NCBI GenBank assembly: GCA_964390205.1
Contig: CAYMHL010000001.1
Location: forward strand, 15,165 to 66,031
Direction: 5' to 3'
DNA length: 50,867 bases
DNA from: an uncultured Marinobacterium sp.
GTDB lineage: Bacteria > Pseudomonadota > Gammaproteobacteria > Pseudomonadales > Balneatricaceae
The notes under the pieces are model-generated. The model had not been told where the DNA came from. It did not search any database and worked only from the letters and a program-made list of their open reading frames with translations. This document shows positions 32,120 through 41,775 of this stretch, in pieces. The number at the start of each line of letters is the position of its first letter. Position 1 is the first letter of the stretch. Position numbers and translations under genes: made by a program.

Positions 32120-32800
32120 TTAAATATAACGGGTTGGATCCGGCAAACCGGCATCCGCAAACCCCTTGGCACGCAGACGACAGCTGTCACAGCGTCCACA
32201 GGCCCGGCCTTCATCATCGGCCTGGTAGCAGGAGACGGTCAGTGCATAATCGATCCCCAAAGCGGTTCCCCGACGGATGATTTCGGACTTGGTCAAACTC
32301 ATCAACGGCGTTTCGATATGGATGGGCTCACCATTGATTCCACGGCGCGTCGCCAGGTTGGCCATGGTCTCAAAGGCCGCAATGAACTCCGGGCGACAGT
32401 CCGGATAGCCGGAGTAATCCACCGCATTGACGCCGATAAAGATAGCATCGGCATCCAGCACCTCCGCCCAACCCAGCGCCAAAGACAGAAAGACGGTATT
32501 GCGCGCAGGCACATAGGTCACCGGCACCCCTTCCGTTTCACCTTCCGGTACTTCGATACTGGTGTCCGTCAGTGCCGAACCGCCAAAGTCTTCAAGGTGC
32601 AGACGGAGCACACGGTGATCTTTTGCACCCAGCTGAACGGCTATGGCTCTGGCTGCATTCAATTCGGTCAGCGAGCGCTGCCCATAGTCAAAACTCAGCA
32701 CATAGCAGTCATACCCCTGCTCCTTTGCCATGGCTAACGCCGTGGCCGAGTCCAGGCCACCCGAGAGCAGTACCACCGCCCGTTTTACATCGTGTTTCAT
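32120..32800 (-). CDS. queC: 7-cyano-7-deazaguanine synthase
   Basis: LSGGLDS, YVPARN, GYPDCR and SCY...CGRCDSC. Confidence 0.96.
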   Translation of the reverse strand: MKHDVKRAVVLLSGGLDSATALAMAKEQGYDCYVLSFDYGQRSLTELNAARAIAVQLGAKDHRVLRLHLEDFGGSALTDTSIEVPEGETEGVPVTYVPARNTVFLSLALGWAEVLDADAIFIGVNAVDYSGYPDCRPEFIAAFETMANLATRRGINGEPIHIETPLMSLTKSEIIRRGTALGIDYALTVSCYQADDEGRACGRCDSCRLRAKGFADAGLPDPTRYI

Positions 32801-32814
32801 CAGTTCAATCTTTG

Positions 32815-33642
32815 TTACGGCTTCAAATAACCACGCGCAAGATCTGCCGCAGGTGCCTGCGGATACTCCTGCACCACTCGTTGCATCAACTCACGTGCTC
32901 TGGCTTCATCGCCTGTTCGTCCCGAAAGCACACCCAGTTTATACAGCGCATCAGCCGCTTTGGCATGCCGGGGATGATCTTCAACCACACGCATGAAGGC
33001 CGCCTGGGATTCAGTGTTTTTCTGCTGTGCCAGATACACTTCGCCCAACCAGTACCAGGCGTTTGGCTTCAGACTGCTGTTCGGATACTGGCTGATAAAC
33101 GTTTTCAGTTCCGACTCTGCCGCAGCAAAATCCCGTGCACGCACGCGGGCAAAGGCGGCATCATAGCCGGCGCTTTCGTCAGCATCAGGACCGCCACCGT
33201 CCATTGGCGAAGAAACGTTAGCCGCTGCTGCAGCCGGTGGCACTGTCGTCGGTGGTAATGTCGCCGGAGATACTGCCGCCGAGGCGGGCGCCTCGGCAAC
33301 AGCACCTTCCGTCATCGACAGCCCTGATCCTTCGGGCAGCTGCTGAAACAGCAGACTGATGCGTTTATCCATGTCTCGGTAACGATCAAGCTGCTGAGTT
33401 TCCAGTTGATCCAGACGATACTGCTGCTGCTCGATGATACCGCGCAGGCTGCGTACTTCATCCTGCAGCTGCTGTACCATGAAAAACATCTCGTTTTGAG
33501 CAGACAGCGCCCGCGGCTGCGCAGAAGATGATGACCCCATGCCGGCCTCGGTCACTTCCACCACCGGCACAGGTGCTGCCTGCACTGAGCAGGCAGACAG
33601 CGACAACATCCCCAGCAGCAGCTGTCGACAACCTTTGTTCAT
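32815..33642 (-). CDS. cpoB: Tol-Pal periplasmic protein CpoB (YbgF)
   Basis: Signal peptide, coiled coil [15 protein letters not shown], and [11 protein letters not shown] / ADALYKLG. Confidence 0.92.
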   Translation of the reverse strand: MNKGCRQLLLGMLSLSACSVQAAPVPVVEVTEAGMGSSSSAQPRALSAQNEMFFMVQQLQDEVRSLRGIIEQQQYRLDQLETQQLDRYRDMDKRISLLFQQLPEGSGLSMTEGAVAEAPASAAVSPATLPPTTVPPAAAAANVSSPMDGGGPDADESAGYDAAFARVRARDFAAAESELKTFISQYPNSSLKPNAWYWLGEVYLAQQKNTESQAAFMRVVEDHPRHAKAADALYKLGVLSGRTGDEARARELMQRVVQEYPQAPAADLARGYLKP

Positions 33643-33648
33643 AGCGTT

Positions 33649-34185
33649 TTACTTGCTCTGGTATTTCAGCTCGACACGGCGGTTCTGCGACCAGGACTGC
33701 GCATCATGGCCCAATACAGCCGGCTTTTCTTCGCCGTAGCTGACCGTTTCGATCTGGTTGGCAGAAGCGCCATTGACTACCAGCAGACGCTCAACGGACT
33801 GAGCACGACGCTCGCCCAGGGCGATGTTGTATTCGCGCGTACCACGCTCATCCGCGTGACCTTCCAGGCGTACGGATGCAGACGGATTCTGTGACAGATA
33901 GCGCGCATGGGCTTCCAGATCGGCAAAGCCTTCCTGACGCACAACGGACTGATCGAAGTCGAAATAGAACACGGTGCGCAGCTGCTTCAGGTCTTCAGCT
34001 GTTACGATGGCGCCGCTGCTCAAGCCGCCGCCGGCGGTACCGTAGCTGCTTGCGCCACCCGCCTGCGCACCGGCTCCGGCACCCGCTGTACCTGCATCGG
34101 TTGTGGTGCTGGTGGTGCTGCAACCAGCGGCCAGGATCATGGCTGCAGAGATCATTACGGATTTGGTCAGGTTACTTACCTGCAT
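33649..34185 (-). CDS. pal: peptidoglycan-associated lipoprotein
   Basis: Lipobox LAAGC, FYFDFD, GHADERGTREYNIALGERRA and NRRVEL. Confidence 0.96.
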   Translation of the reverse strand: MQVSNLTKSVMISAAMILAAGCSTTSTTTDAGTAGAGAGAQAGGASSYGTAGGGLSSGAIVTAEDLKQLRTVFYFDFDQSVVRQEGFADLEAHARYLSQNPSASVRLEGHADERGTREYNIALGERRAQSVERLLVVNGASANQIETVSYGEEKPAVLGHDAQSWSQNRRVELKYQSK

Positions 34186-34283
34186 GTTGTTTCCCCTGTT
34201 TTCAGTCTTGCAATCAAGTTTATGTTAACGCCGGCAACCAGGTTGACCGGCTTGCCACAGCCATATTGATTTCCGATACCCGT

Positions 34284-35582
34284 TCAGCGCAGATAGGGTG
34301 ACCATGCGGGTTCACGCACATCTCCACTGGCAGCCGGCATTCGGAACTGCACACGTCCATCCAGGGACACCGCCGCGAGGACACCGCGGGTACCTTCCTG
34401 AGTAGCATAGATCACCACACTGCCATTGGGGGCAATGCTGGGCGATTCGACCATTCCCGAACGGGTCAACACATCCAGCCGATCGGTTTTAAGATCCTGT
34501 ACTGCAATATCAAAGCCATTGCCGCCACCGCTGCTGCGATGCACCATCGCCAGGAAACGGCCATCCTGAGTCAGACGCCCGCGAGCATTGTAGTTGCCCT
34601 CAAACGTCAGACGCTCGAGATTGCGACTGGCGAGATCAAGACGATAGATCTGCGGCTGACCACCCCGATCGGAGGTAAAAATCAGCGACTTGCCATCCGG
34701 TGACCAGCTTGGCTCGGTATCGATACCATAGTGGCGGGTAATGCGCTGCAACTCTCGGCTCTGCAGATCAAGAATATAGATCTCCGGGTTACCGTCGCGT
34801 GACAGGACCAGCGCCAGACGGCTGCCATCCGGCGACCAGGCCGGAGCACCGTTCAGGCCCGGAAACGACTGGATACGTTCACGACGACCAGTGGCCAGAT
34901 ACTGCACATAGATGGACGGTTTGCCGGTCTCAAAGGATACATAGGCCAGCTTGGAGCCATCCATCGACCAGACCGGAGACAGAATCGGCTCGGCAGACTC
35001 AAGAATGGTGCGCGCACGGGCGCCATCCCAATCCGCCAGCTGCAGCCGGAAACGCTGCTTGCCCGCAGCCAGCTGCTCGGCCGTGACATAGACAATCCGC
35101 GTGGAGAACGCGCCCTTGAGGCCGGTCAAACGCTCAAACAGCCGATCGGCGATAAAGTGAGCACCGTCACGCAGATTGTCACGACTGGTGGTGACCTGCT
35201 CGCTCAGCAATGACTGCTCACGCAGCACATCGAAGAGTTCGAAGCGTACACTGATCTCGTTGCCGCCGACCGGAACTGCCTTGCCGATCACGACATAATC
35301 CATTTTGGCAATGCGCCAGTCACGGAAATAGACCTCGGACGACTGCACCGGAAACCCGAGCATGTTGTCACGCGACATCGGCTGGAAGAAACCGCTACGC
35401 TGAAGGTCCTGTTGTACGATGGCCGCGACATCTTCCGGCAGCGCGCCACCGGTTTCATTACCGAAGGGCACCACTGCGATGGCAGTCGGCGCTTCCACCC
35501 CCTGCGTCACCTCAACTACCAGCTGAGCCCTGGCCGTCACCGCGGTGAGCAGCAACATCAGCATCAAAAGCATGCGTTTCAT
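34284..35582 (-). CDS. tolB: Tol-Pal beta-propeller protein TolB
   Basis: Signal peptide, [16 protein letters not shown] and PD40 repeats (PAWSPDG). Confidence 0.95.
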   Translation of the reverse strand: MKRMLLMLMLLLTAVTARAQLVVEVTQGVEAPTAIAVVPFGNETGGALPEDVAAIVQQDLQRSGFFQPMSRDNMLGFPVQSSEVYFRDWRIAKMDYVVIGKAVPVGGNEISVRFELFDVLREQSLLSEQVTTSRDNLRDGAHFIADRLFERLTGLKGAFSTRIVYVTAEQLAAGKQRFRLQLADWDGARARTILESAEPILSPVWSMDGSKLAYVSFETGKPSIYVQYLATGRRERIQSFPGLNGAPAWSPDGSRLALVLSRDGNPEIYILDLQSRELQRITRHYGIDTEPSWSPDGKSLIFTSDRGGQPQIYRLDLASRNLERLTFEGNYNARGRLTQDGRFLAMVHRSSGGGNGFDIAVQDLKTDRLDVLTRSGMVESPSIAPNGSVVIYATQEGTRGVLAAVSLDGRVQFRMPAASGDVREPAWSPYLR

Positions 35583-35583
35583 G

Positions 35584-35607
35584 ATTACCACCTGAATTAC
35601 CACCTGA
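35584..35607. repeat. perfect 12-bp tandem duplication at the tolA/tolB junction
   Basis: ATTACCACCTGA x2. Confidence 0.85.
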
Positions 35608-36505
35608 GTCCCTCCGGCCTGAATTTAACCAACAATCTGCGCAAACGGCGCTCAAACATGATGGGGTCGATCTCGGCTACACGTGGAAAACGCTGCACAC
35701 GATAGACCGCCTGTATGGCCGAGTTATCGAAAGCCGCATTGCCGCTGCTGGTTTCGATATAGGCTTGATCCACTTCACCACTGGGCAGGAAATGAATCGC
35801 CACCACAGCTTCCATACCATTGCGCGCAGTACTTGGGATGCGCCAGCTATCCTGCAGCATCGCCTGTATGTAGGCCTGAATATCACCGACCACCGCCTGA
35901 GACGCCTGCTGCGCACTCGCTGCCTCACGCGCCCGTTGCTCGCGCGCCAATGCCTGCTGCAACTCGGCTTCCGCCAATTGCTGCTGACGCTTGCGTTCCG
36001 CTTCAGCCTTGGCCGCAGCCTCTGCCTTGCGCTTGGCGTCGGCTGCCTGTTTACGCGCCTGCTCCTCAGACTTGCGTTTTTGCTCGGCCACTTCGGCCTT
36101 GCGCTTGGCCGCCAAATCGGCCTGCCGCTTCTGTTCTGCCGCTTTCTGCCGCGCAACCTCCTGCTGACGCTTGCGCTCCGCTTCCTGCTGTGCACGCTGC
36201 TTGGCCTCGGCTTCAGCCTGGCGCTTTGCCAGCTCCTGTTTGCGCTGCTCGGCGGCCTTCTCCTGTTGTTTGCGCTCGGCCTGGCGCGCCTGTTCCGCCT
36301 GCCGCAACTGCTCCTGCGCTATTCTTTCCTGTTCCTGTTGACGCTCGGCCAGCGCCTTGAGATCAATCATTTTCGCTTCTATGTGCTGAGGAGGCCTGGG
36401 CCTTGAGGGCTCAGTACTCTCCCAATGACTGCCGATCAACACAAACACCGTGAGATGCACGACAGAGGCCAGTAGAACCGGAAGGATGTAGCTTCGAGTC
36501 TCCAC
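35597..36505 (-). CDS. tolA: cell envelope integrity protein TolA
   Basis: TM with S-x-x-H (ASVVHL), long K/A/E/Q helical linker, and C-terminal [11 protein letters not shown] domain. Confidence 0.92.
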   Translation of the reverse strand: METRSYILPVLLASVVHLTVFVLIGSHWESTEPSRPRPPQHIEAKMIDLKALAERQQEQERIAQEQLRQAEQARQAERKQQEKAAEQRKQELAKRQAEAEAKQRAQQEAERKRQQEVARQKAAEQKRQADLAAKRKAEVAEQKRKSEEQARKQAADAKRKAEAAAKAEAERKRQQQLAEAELQQALAREQRAREAASAQQASQAVVGDIQAYIQAMLQDSWRIPSTARNGMEAVVAIHFLPSGEVDQAYIETSSGNAAFDNSAIQAVYRVQRFPRVAEIDPIMFERRLRRLLVKFRPEGLRW

Positions 36506-36513
36506 GACCTGTC

Positions 36514-36930
36514 CTATTCCGTTACCAGGCCAACGCTGCCGGCACCGGCCTGCTGCATCAACACCATCAGCTGCACAACCTGATCATAGCTGACATCCCG
36601 GTCACCTCGCACCAGCAGCAGTTTTTGCGGAGCGCTGGCCAGCACCTTGCCTACTCGACTGGCCACTTCTTCGCGACTGATCGGCACACGGTCATCACCA
36701 CCAACATTGATGTAATATTGCCCTTCGCGGTCCACCGTCACCACCAGCGGTTCTTCATCCTCAGTCTCAACCGGCTCGGCACCTGCCTGGGGCAGATTGA
36801 CATCCACCCCCTGAGTCAACATGGGCGAGGTCAGCATAAAGATAACCAGCAGAACCGTCATGACCTCGATATAGGGCACAACGTTCATTTCCGCGTTTAC
36901 CTTGCTTTTCTTGCGTGGACGCCAATCCAT
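36514..36930 (-). CDS. tolR: Tol-Pal motor subunit TolR
   Basis: AEMNVVPYIEVMTVLLVIFM TM, GVDVNLP, RGDRDVSY and VGLVTE. Confidence 0.92.
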   Translation of the reverse strand: MDWRPRKKSKVNAEMNVVPYIEVMTVLLVIFMLTSPMLTQGVDVNLPQAGAEPVETEDEEPLVVTVDREGQYYINVGGDDRVPISREEVASRVGKVLASAPQKLLLVRGDRDVSYDQVVQLMVLMQQAGAGSVGLVTE

Positions 36931-36940
36931 AAACCAGACC

Positions 36941-37621
36941 TCAGACCGAGTGCACACGCCGGTAGAGAATGCTGGAAAACTCATCGGCAAAGGTTTCATA
37001 GTTGCTCAGCAGGGATTCTGCCTGAGACGAGAAGCGGTTGTAGGCCACCACCGCCGGAATGGCGGCAAACAAACCAATCGCAGTCGTGATCAGCGCTTCA
37101 GCAATACCGGGCGCGACCACGGAAATGGCCGCGTGCTGCACGGTTGCCAGGCCGCGGAAGGCATTCATCACCCCCCATACGGTACCGAACAGCCCCATAT
37201 AGGGTGCCGTCGAACCCACTGTTGCCAGGAACGGCAGGTGGCGCTCCAGCTTTTCTTCTTCACGCGCCATGGCAACACGCATGGCCCGCTGTACGCCGTT
37301 CATGACCACATCAGGATCACGGGTAGCTTTTTGCGTCAGGCGAGTGAACTCCTGCAAGCCGACACGGAAGATGTTTTCGGCACCACAGGTGGTGTTCGGC
37401 TCCTGACTGACTTCACGAAACAGCTGCCCCAGATCGACACCCGACCAGAAGCGATCTTCGAACTGACGCAGCGAACGCTTGGCTTTACGCAGCACCTGGT
37501 GGCGTTGAAAAATCATCACCCAGGAAAGAAAGGACGCCAAAAACAGCAGTACCATAATGAACTTGACTGTGAGACTCGCATTTTCCACGAGACTCCAAAG
37601 CGGCAGCTGGTCTTGCATCAT
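36941..37621 (-). CDS. tolQ: Tol-Pal motor subunit TolQ
   Basis: [22 protein letters not shown] and [22 protein letters not shown]. Confidence 0.95.
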   Translation of the reverse strand: MMQDQLPLWSLVENASLTVKFIMVLLFLASFLSWVMIFQRHQVLRKAKRSLRQFEDRFWSGVDLGQLFREVSQEPNTTCGAENIFRVGLQEFTRLTQKATRDPDVVMNGVQRAMRVAMAREEEKLERHLPFLATVGSTAPYMGLFGTVWGVMNAFRGLATVQHAAISVVAPGIAEALITTAIGLFAAIPAVVAYNRFSSQAESLLSNYETFADEFSSILYRRVHSV

Positions 37622-38049
37622 TTCTCCTCAGAGGTAAGCGTTTGAACGGAACATGATATCAGTTGCTCCAGCATTTTTGCCGGCCAGCGTCGCGGCTTGA
37701 GGCGTGACGCCGACACACAGGCGACGTCTACTCTAGCCTGACAAAGCAGAACAGAATCTGAAGCACGGGTAATTTTTTGTAAAAAGGTTACGCGCGCACC
37801 CGAAGCTCGTTCGATGTCCACGCTGACCAGAAGTTCATCATCAAGCCGAGCCGGCTGCAGGTAACGGTTGTCGACATGGGTTACCACAAAAAGCAGATCA
37901 TCTGCGCTCAATTGCTGCTGGGAATAGCCATAGAGGCGCAGCAGCTCGGTACGCGCCCGCTCCATGAATTTGAGGTAATTGACGTAGTAGACGATACCGC
38001 CCAAGTCGGTATCTTCAATGTAAACGCGAATCGGCCACTGAAATGGCAT
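37618..38049 (-). CDS. ybgC: tol-pal-associated acyl-CoA thioesterase
   Basis: [28 protein letters not shown]. Confidence 0.92.
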   Translation of the reverse strand: MPFQWPIRVYIEDTDLGGIVYYVNYLKFMERARTELLRLYGYSQQQLSADDLLFVVTHVDNRYLQPARLDDELLVSVDIERASGARVTFLQKITRASDSVLLCQARVDVACVSASRLKPRRWPAKMLEQLISCSVQTLTSEEK

Positions 38050-38152
38050 GCCTGCAACCCGATCAGGTTTGAAACTGGCACACAATAACAGTAGCCGGAT
38101 TTAAAACAAAGAGCCTCAGCGGCGTTGGCGATAAAGTATCGGTGACAAAGCT

Positions 38153-38509
38153 TCAGTCGTGACAGCTCAGGCAGGTATCGACCAGCGGATCTGCGCGCAG
38201 GCGGTTCAGCTCTATGGCTTCACCGCAGACACGGCATCGACCAAAGCGGCCTCGATTAATACGCTCAAGCGCCTGGTTGCAGGCCGCGATGGATTCCAGG
38301 TGGTGTCGCATGTGATCCAGGTTGAGACGACGCGCAAGCTCGAGCGCTGACTGACGATCGGATGGCCCATGAGACTGCCGCTTAAGCAGATGCCGAACAT
38401 GCTCAATCTCGTTCAATTCATCGGTCAGCTCTTCGTGCAGGGTTTCCAGCAACTCGTGCAGGGTTCCCGCCATGCCTTCCAGTTCATCGCGACTCAGTAC
38501 TGCTGCCAT
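38153..38509 (-). CDS. TraR/DksA C4-type zinc-finger protein
   Basis: Helical N-terminus and ALERINRGRFGRCRVCGEAIELNRLRADPLVDTCLSC, with a GGAGG RBS. Confidence 0.88.
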   Translation of the reverse strand: MAAVLSRDELEGMAGTLHELLETLHEELTDELNEIEHVRHLLKRQSHGPSDRQSALELARRLNLDHMRHHLESIAACNQALERINRGRFGRCRVCGEAIELNRLRADPLVDTCLSCHD

Positions 38510-38539
38510 GATTGCGGCCTCCGTTAAGTGGATAACGCA

Positions 38540-38581
38540 ATCATACCGCCGCCCTACTGGTTAAAAATTGATCTTTATCAG
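38540..38581 (-). promoter_or_regulatory. class II FNR/Anr-type promoter of the DksA/TraR-like gene
   Basis: TTGAT-CTTT-ATCAG at 38568-38581 (9/10 match to TTGAT-N4-ATCAA) and -10 TATGAT at 38545-38540. The box centre is about 41.5 nt from the predicted +1. Confidence 0.65.
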
Positions 38582-38623
38582 TTGAGCCATGCCGGCCGGA
38601 CACTGGAGGGCCATAGGTTGATA

Positions 38624-39631
38624 TCAGTCAGTTCTTTCGATACCGAAGTGCAGGTACGCATGATTTGTCACAACTCGACCACGGGGCGTGCGCATGATAA
38701 ATCCCTGCTGAATCAGATAGGGTTCAAGCACGTCCTCAATAGTGTCACGCTCCTCACTGATCGCTGCCGCCAGACTGTCGATCCCCACCGGCCCACCGCC
38801 AAACTTTTCGATCATCGCCAGCAGCAGTCGACGGTCCATATGATCAAAGCCGCGCTCGTCCACGTTCAGCATGTTCAGTGCCAGATCCGCAATCGCCTTG
38901 GTGATCTGGCCATCGCCCTTAACCTCAGCAAAATCGCGGGCGCGCCGCAGCAGACGGTTGGCAATACGTGGCGTTCCCCGGGAGCGACGGGCAATTTCAC
39001 GAGCCCCCTCCACATCCACATGAGTACCGGACAGCTGACCAGAGCGCATGACAATGCCGGTGAGATCATCCACTGAATAGTATTCCAGTCGCTGCACAAT
39101 GCCGAAGCGATCCCTGAGCGGCGAGGTCAACAGGCCGGCACGGGTTGTAGCCCCCACCAGGGTGAAGGGCGGCAGATCCAGTTTGATGGAACGCGCCGCA
39201 GGTCCTTCACCGATCATGATATCCAGCTGGTAGTCTTCCATGGCCGGATAGAGCACTTCCTCGACATTGGGGCTGAGTCGGTGGATCTCGTCAATGAACA
39301 GCACATCACCCGGTTCAAGATTGGTCAGCAATGCTGCCAGATCACCGGCCTTTTCCAGTACCGGGCCCGAAGTGGTCTTGATCTGCGAGCCCATTTCATG
39401 CGCGATGATGTTGGCCAGGGTAGTTTTACCCAGACCCGGCGGACCAAATATCAGCGTATGATCCAATGCCTCTTCGCGGCGGCGGGCGGCGTCGATGAAT
39501 ATTTCCATCTGCTCGCGCACCGCAGGCTGACCTTCATAGTCGGCCAGCAGCTTGGGCCGTATGGCGCGATCATTAACCTCTTCCACGGGCGTTGCCAATG
39601 GCGTGATGAAACGGTCCGCTTCGATTCTCAT
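38624..39631 (-). CDS. ruvB: Holliday junction branch migration ATPase
   Basis: [24 protein letters not shown] and [11 protein letters not shown]. Confidence 0.97.
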   Translation of the reverse strand: MRIEADRFITPLATPVEEVNDRAIRPKLLADYEGQPAVREQMEIFIDAARRREEALDHTLIFGPPGLGKTTLANIIAHEMGSQIKTTSGPVLEKAGDLAALLTNLEPGDVLFIDEIHRLSPNVEEVLYPAMEDYQLDIMIGEGPAARSIKLDLPPFTLVGATTRAGLLTSPLRDRFGIVQRLEYYSVDDLTGIVMRSGQLSGTHVDVEGAREIARRSRGTPRIANRLLRRARDFAEVKGDGQITKAIADLALNMLNVDERGFDHMDRRLLLAMIEKFGGGPVGIDSLAAAISEERDTIEDVLEPYLIQQGFIMRTPRGRVVTNHAYLHFGIERTD

Positions 39632-39641
39632 GATGTATCTC

Positions 39642-40271
39642 TCAACCGGTTACCATGGTTTTCAGCGCCTGACGGATCAGGTCTTCGGTCGCGGCTCCAT
39701 CGCCCACCGCCTTGGCAGCCTGCTCGATCGCCCTGGTAGCCTGCTGGGGCTTGTAACCCAGTGCAATGAGTGCGCTTTCCGCCTCGGCACGATAATCAGT
39801 GGCGACTGCTTCGGCTACGGGCAGGTTACCAGAGCTCAGCTCCAGCTCGGTCAGGGTCGGCAGCTGTAGCTGGTTGAGTCGATCCTTCATTTCGACGATC
39901 AGGCGCTCGGCGGTTTTCTTGCCCACACCGGGCACCCGCACCAGTGCCGTGGTGTCTTCGTTGTGAACGGTACGAATAAAGGCTTCTGCACTGATGCCCG
40001 ACAGAATGCCCAGCGCCATCTTGGGTCCCACACCGTTCACCTTGATCAACGAGCGAAACAGCTGTTTCTCCTGCTGATCGGCAAATCCGTACAGCAGCTG
40101 GGCATCCTCACGCACCACAAAATGGGTATGCAGACCCAACTCCGCCCCTACTTCCGGCAGCTTGTAAAAGGTATTCATCGAGGCTTCAATTTCGTAGCCC
40201 ACACCATTGACGTCCAGCAGCAGCCAGGGCGGCTGTTTGTCCAGAATTCGACCTCTGAGAAATCCGATCAC
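39642..40271 (-). CDS. ruvA: Holliday junction DNA-binding subunit
   Basis: MIGFLRG..VNGVGYE, VREDA and HhH motifs GVGPK / [10 protein letters not shown]. Confidence 0.96.
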   Translation of the reverse strand: MIGFLRGRILDKQPPWLLLDVNGVGYEIEASMNTFYKLPEVGAELGLHTHFVVREDAQLLYGFADQQEKQLFRSLIKVNGVGPKMALGILSGISAEAFIRTVHNEDTTALVRVPGVGKKTAERLIVEMKDRLNQLQLPTLTELELSSGNLPVAEAVATDYRAEAESALIALGYKPQQATRAIEQAAKAVGDGAATEDLIRQALKTMVTG

Positions 40272-40292
40272 CTGTTCACTGTCTCCATATAA

Positions 40293-40805
40293 TCAGTAAC
40301 GCCAACGACCGGTACTGCGGCTGCGCGCCTGTTGTACCTGCCCGGCAGTGGTATGCGCATGGCAGAGCGCGATGGCCAGAGCGTCGGCCGCATCGGCCTG
40401 CGGCAGCCCCGGCAGTTTCAACAGATGCATCACCATGTGCTGCACCTGGGCCTTGTCTGCCCCGCCATTGCCGACCACTGACTGCTTGACCCGCCGCGCG
40501 GCGTATTCGGCCACCGGCAGTGCCTGATTGGCACCGGCCACGATCGCCACCCCCCTCGCCTGCCCCAGCTTGAGGGCAGAATCGGCATTTCGGGACATGA
40601 ACACCTGCTCGATCGCCATCTCCTGCGGCTGATAGCGTTCAATCACTTCACTGACACCGGCGTATACCTGCTGCAGGCGCTCGGCGAGGATATCACCGCT
40701 GATGCGAATACAGCCACTGGCGACATATTCGGTGCGTGAACCGTTGGTATTGATCACACCATAACCGGTGATACGCGAGCCGGGATCGATCCCCAAAATC
40801 AGCAT
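40293..40805 (-). CDS. ruvC: crossover junction endodeoxyribonuclease
   Basis: [25 protein letters not shown] and DAADALA. Confidence 0.96.
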   Translation of the reverse strand: MLILGIDPGSRITGYGVINTNGSRTEYVASGCIRISGDILAERLQQVYAGVSEVIERYQPQEMAIEQVFMSRNADSALKLGQARGVAIVAGANQALPVAEYAARRVKQSVVGNGGADKAQVQHMVMHLLKLPGLPQADAADALAIALCHAHTTAGQVQQARSRSTGRWRY

Positions 40806-40848
40806 GGACTCATCTCGATACTCAAGAGCAATTTACCGCCAACCAAAG

Positions 40849-40864
40849 CTGTATATTTATACAC
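40849..40864. promoter_or_regulatory. probable LexA (SOS) box upstream of ruvC
   Basis: CTGTATATTTATACAC versus CTGTATATATATACAG, overlapping a minus-strand TATAAA. Confidence 0.55.
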
Positions 40865-40884
40865 TAAAACACTGTGCTGTGCTC

Positions 40885-40911
40885 AAAAAAAACCGGGGTT
40901 TCCCCCGGTTT
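40885..40911 (-). terminator. intrinsic terminator after yebC
   Basis: Minus-strand GC stem CCGGGG...CCCCGG followed by a long U-tract. Confidence 0.75.
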
Positions 40912-40934
40912 CCAAACGCCGTCAGAGACAAGAA

Positions 40935-41672
40935 TTATTCCATCGCTTCTTCAGGAATATCGGCGTTGTGGTAGACGTTCTGGGTATCGTCGAGATCTTC
41001 CAAAGCATCGATCAGTTTGAGCGCCTTCTGACCACTTTCCACATCCAGCTCAACAGTGGTGGCCGGAATCATGCCAACCTCTGCATAGACAGGCTCCAGA
41101 CCGGCATCGACCAGGGCCTGCTTCACATCCATAAATTCCTGCCAGGGCGCAAACACATCGATGGAGCCATCATCATTGGTGACGACGTCATCAGCACCCG
41201 CTTCCAGCGCCGCTTCCATGATGGCATCTTCATCGGCACCCTCACCAAAGGTGATCTGGCCTTTCTTTTCGAACAAATAGGCTACGGAGCCGTTGGTACC
41301 CAGATTGCCGCCGGCCTTGTTGAACGCGGCACGCACCTGAGACACGGTACGGTTGACGTTGTCGGTCATACACTCGACCAGAATCGCCACACCGTTCGGG
41401 CCATAACCTTCGTAGGTCAGTTCGTCGTAGTTGTCGCCTTCGCCACCACCGGCACCGCGCTGAATCGCCTTCTCGATGGTGTCTTTTTTCATGTTGGCGC
41501 CCAGCGCCTTGTCCATCGCGGCACGCAGACGCGGGTTGTCCTCGGGCGCACCACCACCTTCTTTGGCGGCAACAGTCAGCTCGCGAATCAGCTTGGTGAA
41601 GATTTTGCCACGTTTGGCGTCCTGGGCTGCCTTGCGGTGTTTGATGTTAGCCCACTTGGAATGACCTGCCAT
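40935..41672 (-). CDS. yebC: YebC/PmpR family protein
   Basis: [20 protein letters not shown] and [13 protein letters not shown]. Confidence 0.95.
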   Translation of the reverse strand: MAGHSKWANIKHRKAAQDAKRGKIFTKLIRELTVAAKEGGGAPEDNPRLRAAMDKALGANMKKDTIEKAIQRGAGGGEGDNYDELTYEGYGPNGVAILVECMTDNVNRTVSQVRAAFNKAGGNLGTNGSVAYLFEKKGQITFGEGADEDAIMEAALEAGADDVVTNDDGSIDVFAPWQEFMDVKQALVDAGLEPVYAEVGMIPATTVELDVESGQKALKLIDALEDLDDTQNVYHNADIPEEAME

Positions 41673-41742
41673 ACAACATCCTCGAATGATTGCAGGGCCA
41701 CAGCCGGCCCTGTGATCTTGATATACAGTCTTGTAATTGAAT

Positions 41743-41765
41743 GGGGCGACTCTGATGGTCGCCCC
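41743..41765 (-). terminator. hairpin after aspS
   Basis: GGGGCGAC-TCTGATG-GTCGCCCC with a weak U-tract. Confidence 0.5.
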
Positions 41766-41775
41766 GGGTGCACAA

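Noticed and set aside
35930-36360. Repetitive sequence inside tolA
   Set aside because: This is the normal K/A/E/Q-rich helical linker of TolA, not a repeat array.
38527-38535. TTATCCACT, an 8/9 DnaA-box match at the predicted TSS of the DksA-like gene
   Set aside because: A single imperfect box is expected by chance. The sequence is better explained as part of the leader hairpin.
41710-41728. CTGT...ACAG upstream of yebC as a LexA box
   Set aside because: The spacer is 11 nt rather than 8.
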